From: Minisyncoccia bacterium
GTDB lineage: Bacteria; Patescibacteriota; Minisyncoccia; Phycocordibacterales; UBA9973
Reading direction: 5' to 3'
NCBI GenBank assembly: GCA_044229265.1
Contig: JBGATK010000005.1
Location: 14,963 to 78,962, forward strand
DNA length: 64,000 bases
The notes beneath the pieces were generated by a model. That model was not told the origin of the DNA. It did no database searches and saw nothing but the letters and a program-made list of their open reading frames with translations. A program made the translations under genes and the position numbers. Of this stretch, positions 9,304-18,902 are shown one piece after another; the first letter of the stretch is position 1; each line of letters starts with the position of its first letter.

Positions 9304-10290
9304 TTATTCCTTCAAATTAAGACCGAAAGCAGTCAATGCTTTTTTAATTTCTGAAATACCTTTTTCACCTATGCCTTCGATCTCAAGCAAATCTTCACGC
9401 TTCTTACGAGCAAGTCCACCAAGTGTGCGGATATTTGCGCCTGTAAGTGCGTTCAGTGTGCGAGTCGAAAGATCCATAGTATCAATACGGGTTTTTAAAA
9501 CATCAGAAAGTTCGTCTTTTTTATCTTCGGATTCATCTCTCTCTCCTCCTTCTTCTTTATTATTTGATTTTTTTTCTATTTTTATTTCTTCTTCCTCTTC
9601 TTCTTTAAAATCAACAACTGCTTTTAATTGCATAATCATTATTTTTACAGATTCAGATAATGCTTCACGAGGAGAAATAGTGCCGTCAGTCTCGATAGTA
9701 ATACGAAGACGGTTGTGGTTTGTCTTATCACCTACACGCATATTTTCTACTTCATAAGAAACACGGCGTATAGGTGTGAAAATAGCATCGACAGCTATAG
9801 TGCCGATATCTACTTTTTCTTTTTGCATTATTTCTTTTGGAATAAAGCCTAAACCTTTTTCAATGCGAAGTTCTATATCTAAGGAAACTTTACCTGTAAC
9901 TGTAGCTATATAAGAATCTGGATTTAAAATTTCAACTTGACCAGAAGCTTTGATGTCTTTTGCGTATATTTCTTTTGGTCCTTTTATAGATAGAGTTATA
10001 TTTTGTGGTTCATCAGAGAGAAGTTTGAAACGAACCTTTTTTAGATTTAAAATCATAACTATTACATCTTCTTTGACACCTTCGATTGTCTCAAATTCAT
10101 GTGAGACGCCAGAAATTTTTACAGAAACAATACTAGCTCCTTCTAAAGAAGAAAGTATAATACGACGCAAACTATTACCCAAAGTATGACCATACCCTGG
10201 ATATAGACCATCGATCTCGAATACTCCTTTGTTCCCTTCTTCGGAAACAACTTTAGGCTTTGAGGGCAAAATTATTTTATTTAGAGACAT
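9304..10290 (-). CDS. rpoA: RNA polymerase alpha subunit
   Basis: GYGHTLGNSLRRILLSS-like, DAIFTPI, alpha-CTD LSTRTLNAL. Confidence 0.98.
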   Translation of the reverse strand: MSLNKIILPSKPKVVSEEGNKGVFEIDGLYPGYGHTLGNSLRRIILSSLEGASIVSVKISGVSHEFETIEGVKEDVIVMILNLKKVRFKLLSDEPQNITLSIKGPKEIYAKDIKASGQVEILNPDSYIATVTGKVSLDIELRIEKGLGFIPKEIMQKEKVDIGTIAVDAIFTPIRRVSYEVENMRVGDKTNHNRLRITIETDGTISPREALSESVKIMIMQLKAVVDFKEEEEEEIKIEKKSNNKEEGGERDESEDKKDELSDVLKTRIDTMDLSTRTLNALTGANIRTLGGLARKKREDLLEIEGIGEKGISEIKKALTAFGLNLKE

Positions 10291-10345
10291 ATGTTATAAA
10301 AATTCTTAATTTATAAAACTTATAATAAAAAACAAAATAAATAAA

Positions 10346-10939
10346 TTAACGACTATAAAACTCAAGCACTGCGTTAAAATCTATAAAAGTTTCTGCATTT
10401 TTCGGCTTTGCCAAAACTTTACCTTCCATCTGATCGATATTAAAAGAAAGCCAAGTAGGTACGGTATAATCTTTCATTTTTTCAGCGAGGTTAGAAAAAA
10501 TCTTTTTTCCTTTTGAGCCTTCGCGAACTACGAATACATCCCCTTGCTTGGTTTTATATGAAGGCACTGTAGTGCGCTTACCATTTATAACAAAGTGTCC
10601 GTGGGAAACCATTTGTCTTGCTCCACGTCTTGAAGGAGCGAGCCCCATGCGATACACTACATTGTCTAGTCTGGATTCTAATTCTTCAAAAAACTTTTCG
10701 ACAGTACCTGCGCCTTTTAATTTTGAGGCTTCTTTCACATAATTAGACAATTGTTTTTCTGTGATACCGTAAGAAAAACGAACTTTTTGTTTTTCCAAAA
10801 ATTGTGTACCGTATTCAGACAAAGCCTTTGGCCTTTTTGTGCCAATGCCTTTTGCCATATTAAACTTTGGAGTTTGAGTTTTATCAAATACTCCTGCGCC
10901 TAATCGTCTTGCAATTTTGAATTTTGGTTTGTTTATCAT
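10346..10939 (-). CDS. rpsD: 30S ribosomal protein S4
   Basis: SEYG..EKQK, LESRLDNVVYR, ARQMVSHGH, EFYSR. Confidence 0.98.
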   Translation of the reverse strand: MINKPKFKIARRLGAGVFDKTQTPKFNMAKGIGTKRPKALSEYGTQFLEKQKVRFSYGITEKQLSNYVKEASKLKGAGTVEKFFEELESRLDNVVYRMGLAPSRRGARQMVSHGHFVINGKRTTVPSYKTKQGDVFVVREGSKGKKIFSNLAEKMKDYTVPTWLSFNIDQMEGKVLAKPKNAETFIDFNAVLEFYSR

Positions 10940-10969
10940 TTGTCTAATTTTACTTTGTAATGTTTATAA

Positions 10970-11407
10970 CTATACTCTACGTGGTTTTTTTGCTTTTGGA
11001 CCATTGTGCGGAACTGGTGTTTTATCTTTAATAGAAGTGATTTCGATACCATGAGCCATGAATGCCCTCACTGCTGGTTCGCGACCACTACCTACACCCT
11101 TTATAACAATATCCGCTTCTTTTACTCCGATACCCAAAGCTTTTGCGCCCACAATATCACCAACTTTACTAGCTGCAAATGGTGTGCCTTTCTTTGCGCC
11201 TTTAAAACCTAGAGCTCCTGAAGAAGACGAAAAAAGTGCATTACCACCCTTATCTGTAAACACTACTTTGGTATTATTAAATGTAGCTTCTACAGACAAA
11301 ATACCAGCAGAAATTTTCTTTTTAGAAGTCTTTATTGCAGCAGACTTTTCTTCACCTTCTGTTTTTTTCTCTACTTTTTCTTCAGTTGTTGCTTTAGCTT
11401 TTGGCAT
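10970..11407 (-). CDS. rpsK: 30S ribosomal protein S11
   Basis: ATFNNT, GFKGAKKGTPFAA, TPVPHNG. Confidence 0.98.
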   Translation of the reverse strand: MPKAKATTEEKVEKKTEGEEKSAAIKTSKKKISAGILSVEATFNNTKVVFTDKGGNALFSSSSGALGFKGAKKGTPFAASKVGDIVGAKALGIGVKEADIVIKGVGSGREPAVRAFMAHGIEITSIKDKTPVPHNGPKAKKPRRV

Positions 11408-11465
11408 GTTTTTAAATAAATTTTCGTTTTTTCATTAATAAATAAATAATTGTGAATATTTTTCT

Positions 11466-11846
11466 TTATGTCTTACTTTCTTTTCGGCGACCAGATGCCA
11501 TAGTCTTACGGACATTTCCACGGACAGTTCTGGAATTTGTCTTAGTGCGTTGACCATTTACAGGTAGACGCTTCATGTGCCTCACACCTTTATAACTTTT
11601 TATATCTTTAATTCTTTTTATATTTGCAGAAATTTCACGTTTTAAATTTCCTTCTATGGTTTTGCCTTCGATAATAGCACGAATTTTATTTTCTTCAGCT
11701 TCAGTCAAATCTCCAGCTTTTTTACTGTGAGCAATGCCGACTTGATCTAAAATCTTCTTTGCACTCGAGCGACCAATGCCGAAAAGCACGGTCAAGCCTA
11801 TTTCTAATCTTTTTTCATTTGGAACAGTTATACCGAGGATTCTCAT
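11466..11846 (-). CDS. rpsM: 30S ribosomal protein S13
   Basis: MRILGITVP..., GIG, RHMKRLPVNGQRTKTNSRT; start at MRILG. Confidence 0.97.
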   Translation of the reverse strand: MRILGITVPNEKRLEIGLTVLFGIGRSSAKKILDQVGIAHSKKAGDLTEAEENKIRAIIEGKTIEGNLKREISANIKRIKDIKSYKGVRHMKRLPVNGQRTKTNSRTVRGNVRKTMASGRRKESKT

Positions 11847-11847
11847 T

Positions 11848-11958
11848 TTATTGTTTTTGTTTATGCTTAGGATTAACACAAATAACACGCAAATGTCTTT
11901 GACGCTTTACTAACTTACATTTTGCACATATTTTTTTTACCGACGCTTTGATTTTCAT
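11848..11958 (-). CDS. rpmJ: 50S ribosomal protein L36 (zinc-binding form)
   Basis: Manual translation [36 protein letters not shown]; canonical position between infA and rpsM. Confidence 0.96.
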   Translation of the reverse strand: MKIKASVKKICAKCKLVKRQRHLRVICVNPKHKQKQ

Positions 11959-11998
11959 GTTTTAATAAAATTTTAATTAACTTTTTTATATTGAACAG

Positions 11999-12007
11999 TT
12001 ATCCACA
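11999..12007 (+). promoter_or_regulatory. Perfect DnaA box TTATCCACA upstream of rpmJ
   Basis: Exact consensus match in an intergenic region. Confidence 0.5.
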
Positions 12008-12136
12008 ATTTAAAAAACATAAATTACAGATATCTTTTCCATATAACACAATAAAAATAAGGAAAAACCCTTATTTTTCAATACTTTATAACCTTTTAAC
12101 TAACGTAATTACTATGATACACTATTTTCAAAAAAA

Positions 12137-12373
12137 TTACAACCTTTTGATAATACGCCCCTTGCCTCCGTATTCATCTAGGAAAATTTCAACATTATCT
12201 CCTACTAAAACTTTGATTCTATTCATACGCATTTTACCAGCAAGATAAGCTAAAATTTCTTTTTCTCCACCTGTTTCTTTATCGGCAATCATTACTCGAA
12301 AAAGTGTAGACGGCAATGCTTCGGAGACTACTCCTCGCGCAGTTAAATTTTTTTCATTTCTTGAATCACTCAT
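12137..12373 (-). CDS. infA: Translation initiation factor IF-1
   Basis: GVVSEALP..FRV, LAYLAGKMRMNRIKVLVGD. Confidence 0.97.
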   Translation of the reverse strand: MSDSRNEKNLTARGVVSEALPSTLFRVMIADKETGGEKEILAYLAGKMRMNRIKVLVGDNVEIFLDEYGGKGRIIKRL

Positions 12374-12420
12374 TTGTATACCTTAATTCTACACAGAATA
12401 ATTAGTTTAGTCAAATTATT

Positions 12421-13746
12421 TTAATGAGGATAATTTATTTCTATTGAAATAGCTTTTAAATTACTTGGAAATTTTTGAAGCCAGAAAGGTTTTAAAGATA
12501 ATTCTGCAGATTTTATACTAGGGAAATTAGGTAATATTTCAGATAATATGTTTTTTTGTTTACCTAGAAGTTCGTTTTTTAATTTTTCTTCATCTACTTT
12601 AAAAACTACAACTATGTTTCCAGTAAGTCCAAAATCCAAATCTTTTATTTCATTAAGAGGAATATCCGAATTTTTAAACTCAAATTTTAAATCACGTATT
12701 TGTGGAATAAAAATAGGAGCATCGGTATATTGATCGATTTGTTTTTGAGCAATCTTTTTAGCTAATTCAGACTCTTTTATCAGAATACCGTAAAATGTCG
12801 CCTTCATAAATGCCTTGGCTTCCCCACCTGATACTATGGGTCCTATATTTTCTTCGTTTATCGTAAAACTAATAGCATCCTTATATAGGATAACATCAGC
12901 TGGTATTTGACTCTCAGCTTTTTCAAGTAGTTTTTTCTTTAACTTATTTTTTAATTCACCAAAAACTGCTAATTTCTCTAACTCTCCGAGCTCAATACGA
13001 GTGCCTACAAAACCACCGGTAATTTCACCTTTTGATTTTACAAAAAACTTTTCATATTTTGATGTTCCTTTAAAACCCAAAATTTGCAAATCAAGCGGGC
13101 CACTATTGTAATCGACTCCTGCTTTTTCTGCCCAAATACCTACTTCGACAGAACCTGGAGTTCCATCTTTTTTAAGTCCTGGAACTAAAACTTTTTTATC
13201 AGTTTTATATATTTTTCCATTTGTAGCTATTAATCTTGTATCAACATTTAAATTTTGAGGGGCGGAACTATAAGAATTATAAATTATGACTTTTCCATAA
13301 GCTTTTTCTTCAACATTTTTTTCTGTACCTCCTGAAACAGGGATACTTTCTTCGTCAGATAAAGAAACTGTGTCAAAAGATAAATTTTCAATTGTTGTGG
13401 AATTTTTAACTGCAGAAAAAGATTCATTGAGAGCGATGGCCTTTGCTTCTGGTTCTACTTTTACAATAGCTTTGCTAAAGAAAAAAGAAACTGAGAAGAA
13501 AAGTCCTACTATGGCTATTACTGCGACTATCCAAAAAGCATATTTATTACCACTTCCTTTTTGTCTTTCTATCGGTATTTCTACAGAAACATCTATTTTG
13601 GAAGGTTTCCTTTTTGGTATCTTATAATTAATTTCTTTTTCCGCGATAACAGGTAATTTACTCAAGGTATTTTTTGAGTTTGATTTTGTGTTTGCATCTT
13701 GTTTAACGCGAACCATGTCTTGAAATAAATTTTTATTTTTTGCCAT
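12421..13746 (-). CDS. Single-pass membrane protein with large extracellular domain (CPR 'baseplate J/gp47-like' type)
   Basis: Basic N-terminus, one TM segment, KAYGKVIIYN..., EITGG, C-terminal PFWLQKFP..I.I pattern. Confidence 0.6.
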   Translation of the reverse strand: MAKNKNLFQDMVRVKQDANTKSNSKNTLSKLPVIAEKEINYKIPKRKPSKIDVSVEIPIERQKGSGNKYAFWIVAVIAIVGLFFSVSFFFSKAIVKVEPEAKAIALNESFSAVKNSTTIENLSFDTVSLSDEESIPVSGGTEKNVEEKAYGKVIIYNSYSSAPQNLNVDTRLIATNGKIYKTDKKVLVPGLKKDGTPGSVEVGIWAEKAGVDYNSGPLDLQILGFKGTSKYEKFFVKSKGEITGGFVGTRIELGELEKLAVFGELKNKLKKKLLEKAESQIPADVILYKDAISFTINEENIGPIVSGGEAKAFMKATFYGILIKESELAKKIAQKQIDQYTDAPIFIPQIRDLKFEFKNSDIPLNEIKDLDFGLTGNIVVVFKVDEEKLKNELLGKQKNILSEILPNFPSIKSAELSLKPFWLQKFPSNLKAISIEINYPH

Positions 13747-13758
13747 ATTATCTATATT

Positions 13759-14928
13759 TTATTTTAAAAATCGATTAATGTAAATGGAATCAATTATGAT
13801 AAAAGGATCTTTTTTAGTTTCTTCGGGAACTTCAGCGATACCACCGAGTGCACTGGAATTCAAAAAAATCAATCTAAATTTTGATTCGGTTAAAGTATAT
13901 TGATTAAATTGTTCCGTGCGAATAGTTTCTGAAAAGAATTTTGCTAAACTAGGGTCAACAGTTATAAATACTGTAGCTGGTATTGAAATATCGGACGAAA
14001 GTGAAGAAAGAGTGGATTGAAATTTAGCGAGCCATTCCCCGCGCAATTTTTTAAGACTATCTTGAAAAACAACTTCATTCTTTTGTAGCATATTACCAGA
14101 TTCATATAACATTACAGATGAATATGCATCTTCGATGGAACACGTAAGAGATTTAGAAATACCTCGAGTTATAAAATGAGAACCCATTGGAAAAGTTGCT
14201 GCTTCTTTTAATACATCTTCTTTGACTATAGCTATATCAGTAACTTCGCCACCGATATTTATAAGTAAAAAGCTATTGTTATTTATAAACATATCCCGTG
14301 CGAGAGAAAACGAAGCCACGAGGAATGAAGAGAATTTAATTTCAAGGTGTGGAAAATGTCGCCAAATAGCCTCTTCTATTTCAGCTAGCACAGATTCTTC
14401 GCTCATCGAAACGAAAATAGTCATTTTTAAATTTGTAGCTTTTTGATTTATAGGATTTGAAGTCGTATAACCATTTAGCATGGTTTTCATATTGCGTAAT
14501 TCTATTGCTCTTACAGTATTTGGACCTTCACTACCTATGCCATGTTCTTCTTCGAAAATTTTTATTTCTGATGCGATGAGACTATCTGCGAGTTTTTGAG
14601 TAAAAATAAAAGATGCATTTTTTTCATAATTAATTACACGTGTTTGTGATGCATACCAAGGACTAGCGAGTACGCAAAAGATTCTTTTGGGTGCGCCTAA
14701 ATTGCTATCGCACATTTTTTTAACAACTTTATGAAGTGTGTGCATAGCGTATACACGAAAACGATCTACATTTAGAACTTCTTCTAATCGAATTGGTTCA
14801 CGAATCGATTTTATTACTTTTGGTGCAAGAGAAGGAGAAAGCTCAACAAAAGCCCCGCCGATAGACGAAGAGCCAATATCGAAAATTAAAACAAGTTCTT
14901 TTTTTTCTTTCTTTCTAAAAAAACTCAT
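13759..14928 (-). CDS. FtsA/PilM-like actin-fold protein
   Basis: IFDIGSSSIG and LINIGGEVTDI phosphate-loop motifs. Confidence 0.7.
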   Translation of the reverse strand: MSFFRKKEKKELVLIFDIGSSSIGGAFVELSPSLAPKVIKSIREPIRLEEVLNVDRFRVYAMHTLHKVVKKMCDSNLGAPKRIFCVLASPWYASQTRVINYEKNASFIFTQKLADSLIASEIKIFEEEHGIGSEGPNTVRAIELRNMKTMLNGYTTSNPINQKATNLKMTIFVSMSEESVLAEIEEAIWRHFPHLEIKFSSFLVASFSLARDMFINNNSFLLINIGGEVTDIAIVKEDVLKEAATFPMGSHFITRGISKSLTCSIEDAYSSVMLYESGNMLQKNEVVFQDSLKKLRGEWLAKFQSTLSSLSSDISIPATVFITVDPSLAKFFSETIRTEQFNQYTLTESKFRLIFLNSSALGGIAEVPEETKKDPFIIIDSIYINRFLK

Positions 14929-14951
14929 ATGGAAATTATAACACAAAGATT

Positions 14952-16709
14952 TTATTCGAGCACAGCTTTAATACGGCGGATGCCTGAAGCCACAGCTTCT
15001 TCTTTTTGGATTTTGAAATGAGTGAGTTCACTAGTGTTTGATACATGCGGTCCACCACAGAATTCTTTGGAAATAGGGTTGCCATTCTCGTCTTCTATAA
15101 AATACACAGACACAGTCTCTGGATATTTTGCACCGAATTCCATCTCGGCACCGAGCTTTTCTGCATCTACGAAAGGCATTTCGCGCCTGACTACATTTAG
15201 TTTTTGATTTATCTTTTCATTTACCCAATCTTCTACTTTCTTTTTTTCTTCATCTGTAAGTTTGTGGTCGCACAAAAAGTCTATTCTTAATCTTTCTTCA
15301 GTTATGTTACTTCCCCTCTGTTTTATACTTTTATCTACAATATTTTGTAATCCAGCAAGGAGTAAATGATGCGCAGTGTGAAGACGAACAGTCTTTTCAT
15401 TATGATTTGCAAGGCCACCTTTGAACATGCCGGCACTAGCTGTCTGCGAGAGCTTTTGGTGTTCTGCCATTTTGTTATTAAAATCTTGCATATCTACCTC
15501 TATACCCTTTTCTTTAGCAAGCTCTTGTGTGAGCTCTATCGGGAAGCCATAAGTAGTAGCTAAAATAAATGGGTCTATGCCTTTTTCGAATTCTTTTATG
15601 CCTTGAGCTAATGTTTTTGTAAACTTAATTTCTTCTTCTTCAATAATCTTTCGTGTTTTTTCAATATTTTTTTCAACTTCAGGATAAGTATCTTTATATG
15701 TTTTAACAATTTCATTTATAACTCCATACAAATTTGAATGACCAGCAATTTCTCCTTTACCATTTGCTCTGTATATAGCTCTCCTCAATAATCTACGCAA
15801 TACATATCCTTGCCCTGTATTCCCTGGAATAACTCCGTCAGATATTAAAAATACAGATGTTCTCATATGATCAGCAATTATTCTTTTTGATTTTTCATTT
15901 AAATGTGAACCAGTAAACAAAACAGATGAAAAAATATCTTCAAACAAATCCGTATCATACGCGGTTTTTTTACCTTGCATTACTGCGGTCATGCGCTCGA
16001 GACCAGCGCCTGTATCTACATTTTTTTGTTTTAATTTACCTATGACTTTGCCGTCCTTTTTTTCGTATTCCATAAAGACATCATTCCATATCTCTATGAT
16101 AGTTTCTTTTTTAGTTTCTTCTATGAATTTTTCTTTATTTATTTCTTGACCGACAAATTGCCCATCCATATCATAAAACATTTCACTGCAAGGTCCGCAT
16201 GGCCCATTGTCCCCCGGACTCCACCAGTTGTCATCAGCCGGCAATGCATAAATCCTATTTTCAGGTATTCCCAAACTCATCCAGATCTTTTTTGATTCCT
16301 CGTCTAGCTCTGCATTTTCATCTCCTTCAAAGACAGTAAAATAAAGTCTGGCAGGATCAAGACCCAATCCTTCTTCTTTACTAGTTAGGAATTCATAACT
16401 CCATTTTATGGCTTCATCTTTAAAATAATCTCCGAGTGACCAATTGCCAAGCATTTCAAAAAATGAAAAATGCCTATTGTCCCCTATGTCATCCAAGTCG
16501 CCAGTGCGGACGCATTTCTGCACATTTGCAATACGTTTGCCCATTGGGTGAGTTTGACCTAGGAGGTAAGGCACGAGGGGTTGCATGCCTGCTGTATTGA
16601 ATAAAACTGAGGGGTCATTCTCAGGCACAAGTGAAGCCGAAGGGATGATGGCATGTCCCCTTTTTTCAAAAAATTTTAAAAATCTATTTCTTATCTCGCT
16701 TGACTGCAT
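14952..16709 (-). CDS. alaS: Alanine--tRNA ligase (compact form without C-Ala domain)
   Basis: FNTAGMQP, FFEMLGNWS, DTGAGLER, HTAHH and EFCGGPH editing motifs. Confidence 0.97.
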   Translation of the reverse strand: MQSSEIRNRFLKFFEKRGHAIIPSASLVPENDPSVLFNTAGMQPLVPYLLGQTHPMGKRIANVQKCVRTGDLDDIGDNRHFSFFEMLGNWSLGDYFKDEAIKWSYEFLTSKEEGLGLDPARLYFTVFEGDENAELDEESKKIWMSLGIPENRIYALPADDNWWSPGDNGPCGPCSEMFYDMDGQFVGQEINKEKFIEETKKETIIEIWNDVFMEYEKKDGKVIGKLKQKNVDTGAGLERMTAVMQGKKTAYDTDLFEDIFSSVLFTGSHLNEKSKRIIADHMRTSVFLISDGVIPGNTGQGYVLRRLLRRAIYRANGKGEIAGHSNLYGVINEIVKTYKDTYPEVEKNIEKTRKIIEEEEIKFTKTLAQGIKEFEKGIDPFILATTYGFPIELTQELAKEKGIEVDMQDFNNKMAEHQKLSQTASAGMFKGGLANHNEKTVRLHTAHHLLLAGLQNIVDKSIKQRGSNITEERLRIDFLCDHKLTDEEKKKVEDWVNEKINQKLNVVRREMPFVDAEKLGAEMEFGAKYPETVSVYFIEDENGNPISKEFCGGPHVSNTSELTHFKIQKEEAVASGIRRIKAVLE

Positions 16710-16714
16710 AAAAT

Positions 16715-17173
16715 TTAATCAAATTTATCTGTATATCTACGAATAGGTTTTTCTAATATTGCCATGATGGTAAAAATGGAAAGTACGAAAAATGTCGCAA
16801 TGCCGGCAAGAGAAAAGAAACCAAAACCAGAAGCCATACCGATACCAGCAGTAACCCAAAGGCCGCTAGAAGTAGTGAGGCCCTTTACTCTGTCGCCCTG
16901 AAGCATTATAGAACCAGCTCCTAAAAAGCCAATACCTACTATTACTTGCGAAGCAATACGTGAAGCATCAAAACCTGCTACACCACCGTATTTTATAGCT
17001 AAAATTTCAGAAATAATAATAAATAAAGAAGCACCCATAGATACCAATGCATGAGTTTTCATACCTGCTTCTTTGTGCATAAATAAGCGCTCGAGCCCAA
17101 TAATAGTTCCCAATATCAAAGCTACTCCTAATCTAATAAAAATATCACTATTTTGTGAAAAAAATTCTGTCAT
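16715..17173 (-). CDS. MgtC/SapB family membrane protein
   Basis: IGLER...AGMKTH, RIASQVIVGIGFLGAG, GLTT. Confidence 0.92.
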   Translation of the reverse strand: MTEFFSQNSDIFIRLGVALILGTIIGLERLFMHKEAGMKTHALVSMGASLFIIISEILAIKYGGVAGFDASRIASQVIVGIGFLGAGSIMLQGDRVKGLTTSSGLWVTAGIGMASGFGFFSLAGIATFFVLSIFTIMAILEKPIRRYTDKFD

Positions 17174-17209
17174 GTTGATATTATACACTAATAAATTAAA
17201 AAATAAAAT

Positions 17210-18895
17210 TTAACTTTGGTGAGGCATGCCGTGGTCTTCACGAGCAATATGATCACGAATATAATCTATAGAACCAGCAACTTTTTTACCAGGATTAAAA
17301 ATATTTTTTGAGTCAAAAATATTTTTAGTTTGAGAAAAAAGTTCTAAAATTTTTGGACTGAAAATTTTATATAAATATGGTGTTCTGATAATACCGTCAT
17401 TGTGTTCAGCAGTAGTCGAACCATGATATTTCGCAACTAAATCATAAACTTTTTCTCCAAGCTCAAGAATTATTTTTGATGTATCTTCCCGTGAAAAATC
17501 CATAAGGGGAATAATATGGAAATTACCATCACCTGCATGTCCAGCTATGGTGAAAGTAATATCGTATTGTTCTAAAATTATATCAATTTCTGGTAAGAAT
17601 TTTGGCAAAAATTCTGGACGAACTATTATGTCATCGATGAATGGTGCGGTATGTTTATCTTTGACATGCTGGCGAAGTAGAGCAAAACTCTGACGACGAA
17701 TATCCCAATACTTACCTGCTTCAGCTTCGCTTTTAGTTATGTGTGTTTTTAAACGGAAATGACGAATTTTTTCTTTTAATTTTTTACATTCTAAATCTAC
17801 ATCTTTTTCATTTTGCCCAGCAAATTCAACAAGTAAAATAAGTTTTGGAAAGCCACTAGAAACCATCATCCAAAATTCTGGCAAAAAGCTCCACATGAAT
17901 TTTACCATTCCAATCAATCCTTTATTTTTCAAAAAATCTGGGAAAAAATTCACAGCGAGCTTCATGGTCTTGTCGTCATAAGTCTCCAGTGTCTCAGGCT
18001 TCATTTCTAAAATTTCATCTACAAGTCTACCAAGTGGACCCAAATCTTTCATAAAAACTACAACTAATTTTGAATGTTTGTGCTCAGGCACTAAACGAAA
18101 AGTTATCTCTGTAGTAATTCCAAGTGTGCCTTGCGAACCGACTAATAATTTATTTAAATCAAAAATATTTTCTTTATTTACATTCCATAAATAATATCCA
18201 GCGGAATTTTTGCTAACTTTTGGTTTAGCTTTGGCGAGCTCATTTTCGTTTGCTTTTACTAAATTAAAAATATTTTTATAAACCTGGCCTTCAAAATCAT
18301 TTTGGGCAATTTTCTTTTGTAATTCTTCTTCGTTCAATGGCTTTACTACATATTCATTGCCATCAGCAAAAATTACTTTGGCTTCCATAACATAATCTTC
18401 CGTTTTTCCATATTTAAGTGTGCGTTCACCTGCAGAATTATTGCCATACATACCACCCATAGCATTTAAACTTTTCGAAGCAGTATAACAAGGCAAGATT
18501 AAATCCCTCTCGAGGGTTAATTTTTCAAAATCGCGGTAAAACATCCCAGGCTGTACAGTTATCCTATCCTCATGAAAAGAAATCATTTTATTCATATGGC
18601 GAGTAAAATCCATAATTATACTCTCGCCTATCGCTCCACCACTCATATCTGTACCCGCACAACGAGCCGTAATAGAAATATTCCCATATTTTTGTGCGAG
18701 GTCTTGCCTCGCACAATTTTCACTTACCCACTGTACTAATTTTTTAACATCATTTGCATCCACAGGAAAAACTACCAATTTTGGCATAACTTCAAAAACA
18801 CTCGCATCGCGCGAATATTTTTTTAATACCTCTGGAGAATCCTCCACCTCTCCATTAAAAAATTTTTGTATTTCTTCTTTCAGTGAAATTTCCAT
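17210..18895 (-). CDS. FAD-linked oxidoreductase (GlcD/D-lactate dehydrogenase type)
   Basis: AGTDMSG, GSQGTLG, GHAGDGNFH, AEHNDG, NPGK. Confidence 0.9.
   Translation of the reverse strand: MEISLKEEIQKFFNGEVEDSPEVLKKYSRDASVFEVMPKLVVFPVDANDVKKLVQWVSENCARQDLAQKYGNISITARCAGTDMSGGAIGESIIMDFTRHMNKMISFHEDRITVQPGMFYRDFEKLTLERDLILPCYTASKSLNAMGGMYGNNSAGERTLKYGKTEDYVMEAKVIFADGNEYVVKPLNEEELQKKIAQNDFEGQVYKNIFNLVKANENELAKAKPKVSKNSAGYYLWNVNKENIFDLNKLLVGSQGTLGITTEITFRLVPEHKHSKLVVVFMKDLGPLGRLVDEILEMKPETLETYDDKTMKLAVNFFPDFLKNKGLIGMVKFMWSFLPEFWMMVSSGFPKLILLVEFAGQNEKDVDLECKKLKEKIRHFRLKTHITKSEAEAGKYWDIRRQSFALLRQHVKDKHTAPFIDDIIVRPEFLPKFLPEIDIILEQYDITFTIAGHAGDGNFHIIPLMDFSREDTSKIILELGEKVYDLVAKYHGSTTAEHNDGIIRTPYLYKIFSPKILELFSQTKNIFDSKNIFNPGKKVAGSIDYIRDHIAREDHGMPHQS
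18692..18716. repeat. REP-like palindrome TTGTGCGAGG-tcttg-CCTCGCACAA, in frame (CARQDLAQ)
   Basis: Same arms as 427-451, opposite orientation. Confidence 0.8.
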
Positions 18896-18902
18896 AAAAA
18901 AA

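Noticed and set aside
11960-12130. Replication origin in the AT-rich infA-rpmJ gap
   Set aside because: Only one DnaA box and no dnaA/dnaN neighbours
12421-13746. Prophage suggested by the baseplate-J-like protein
   Set aside because: No other phage genes; the protein is membrane-anchored in a housekeeping context
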